A stretch of 64,000 nucleotides of DNA from an uncultured Desulfosarcina sp. (GTDB taxonomy: Bacteria; Desulfobacterota; Desulfobacteria; Desulfobacterales; Desulfosarcinaceae): positions 1 through 64,000 of the forward strand of contig CAXXWQ010000004.1 of the NCBI GenBank assembly GCA_963674945.2. The letters run 5' to 3'. The notes below the pieces were generated by a model. The model searched no databases. It was not told the origin of the DNA and saw only the letters and a list, made by a program, of their open reading frames with translations. Positions 62,845-64,000 of the stretch are shown here, in pieces. Position 1 is the first letter of the stretch, and each line of letters opens with the position of its first letter. The position numbers were made by a program, and so were the translations under genes.

Positions 62845-62987
62845 GATACATGGACGGAGGATGCGAGAAGTTCGTGGCAGGCGGATTTGACGGTGAAACG
62901 ACGGCGAACGACCCGACAGCTGCCACTATGGATTATGTTGCTGCTCACTATACAGAGTATATCTCCTGTATTATAGTGAACAAATGA
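62838..62987 (+). pseudogene. Possible fragment of a rhodanese/sulfurtransferase gene
   Basis: DVRYMDGGCEKFVAGG..GETTANDP resembles the V-x-x-(L/M)-DGG-x-x-x-W rhodanese domain end and linker. Confidence 0.35.
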
Positions 62988-63015
62988 GAATCGGGGTGGA
63001 AATTATTGTTATTCT

Positions 63016-63912
63016 TTACCTTCTTTTTTTCATCATCTGATCCCACTCTTCCGTGCCGCCTTCAAAATTTTTGACAACGCCCAATCCTGCAAGTTCGTGG
63101 ACCATCCAGGTGAATCCCGACCTGATGCCGCCGGTACAATAATATACCACCGGTTTGGTAAGATCCACTCCCTTATCGCGTAGCATCGTTCTCAATGCAT
63201 CTGCAGAAAGAAACTGCCGATGATCACCGTAGTAAAATTTCTCCCATGGAATATGGACGGCGCCGGGAAGATGCCCGGGCAACCATTCCGTGAAATAATT
63301 TCGGGTGTCTACCAGGTTGATGGTGTCACCGGCTTTGGCAATCTCAACGGCACTGATATGTTGATCCGGCTGTAGATCGATTCGGTAATTTTTGGCCGGA
63401 ACGTCGAATTTGTCATTTTTTTCTACCGGATATCCCTTTGACCGCCATAATGAAATCCCTCCGTCCAAAGCATATACCGGTCCACGATGCCCCAGCCAGG
63501 CAAATACCCAGGCAACCCAGCCTTCCCCGCCCCAACTGGTGTCCGCATCCCCATAAACGACCAAGGCATCGGTATGGCTGATCCCCATTTTGCCCAGCGC
63601 GTCGACCAATTCCTCTGGAGGAAATGTCCGGTATTTAACGCCGCCGGTATCCTCACGGGTGTAGGACTCCCAGGAAAAGGAACGGGCAGTTGGAATATGG
63701 CCCTTTTGCCAGATGGCGACGGGGCGGGCATCCATAAATATCAATCGATCCATATCCGCGGCCGCATCATCAACCCTTATTTTCTTGAGTTCAATACCTG
63801 TTGCCGGCGTGCACAATAGTAAAACGCCGATCAATGATACAATCGCCAACCGTATCGATAAGGTAAATGGCAGATGACTCACTGTTGAAAGGATGGAGTG
63901 TTCAGGATTCAA
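63016..63912 (-). CDS. Two-domain rhodanese/sulfurtransferase, probably exported
   Basis: Hydrophobic N-terminus; DAR..GHIP, LDGG, VDTR..GHLPGA, active-site YCTGGIRS, FEGG..EW. Confidence 0.9.
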   Translation of the reverse strand: MNPEHSILSTVSHLPFTLSIRLAIVSLIGVLLLCTPATGIELKKIRVDDAAADMDRLIFMDARPVAIWQKGHIPTARSFSWESYTREDTGGVKYRTFPPEELVDALGKMGISHTDALVVYGDADTSWGGEGWVAWVFAWLGHRGPVYALDGGISLWRSKGYPVEKNDKFDVPAKNYRIDLQPDQHISAVEIAKAGDTINLVDTRNYFTEWLPGHLPGAVHIPWEKFYYGDHRQFLSADALRTMLRDKGVDLTKPVVYYCTGGIRSGFTWMVHELAGLGVVKNFEGGTEEWDQMMKKRR

Positions 63913-64000
63913 TGATTTTCTTTCAACTGACGATGCGAAAAGACAGTAAACAGGATTGTTATATCAATCCACGCTATTTGCCGTGCTGAAATGAAATTGC

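Overview
Bacterial chromosomal window whose gene content suggests an anaerobic, probably Desulfobacterota-like organism (inference). The first ~36.6 kb is an accessory island. It carries: the 3' end of a transhydroxylase-beta-like Fe-S gene; a small split-Zn-ribbon protein; an MBL hydrolase; a leaderless molybdopterin enzyme with Fe-S and NarI-type partners; two SDRs; and two paralogous five-gene envelope cassettes (DUF1302 barrel, DUF1329, YCF48-like propeller, MMPL/RND, USP). Each cassette is preceded by the same conserved 66-nt two-hairpin element and split by a conserved internal hairpin. The island also holds three MarR regulators, a tandem Lrp/AsnC regulator, an MFS, an orphan TorD, an O-methyltransferase operon, an intact IS5, a 2.46-kb IS4-like element inside a porin pseudogene, and an IS3 remnant. 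The rest of the window contains livKHMGF-putA, EamA transporters, an acyltransferase, a secreted AttH/CrtC-like protein, carB, an HD protein, two MITE-like repeats, a four-gene class I aryl-CoA-reductase-like operon, a peroxiredoxin, a methyltransferase-corrinoid fusion with a truncated partner, and a rhodanese. No rRNA, tRNA or CRISPR array was seen. All family calls come from visual motif recognition, not database searches.
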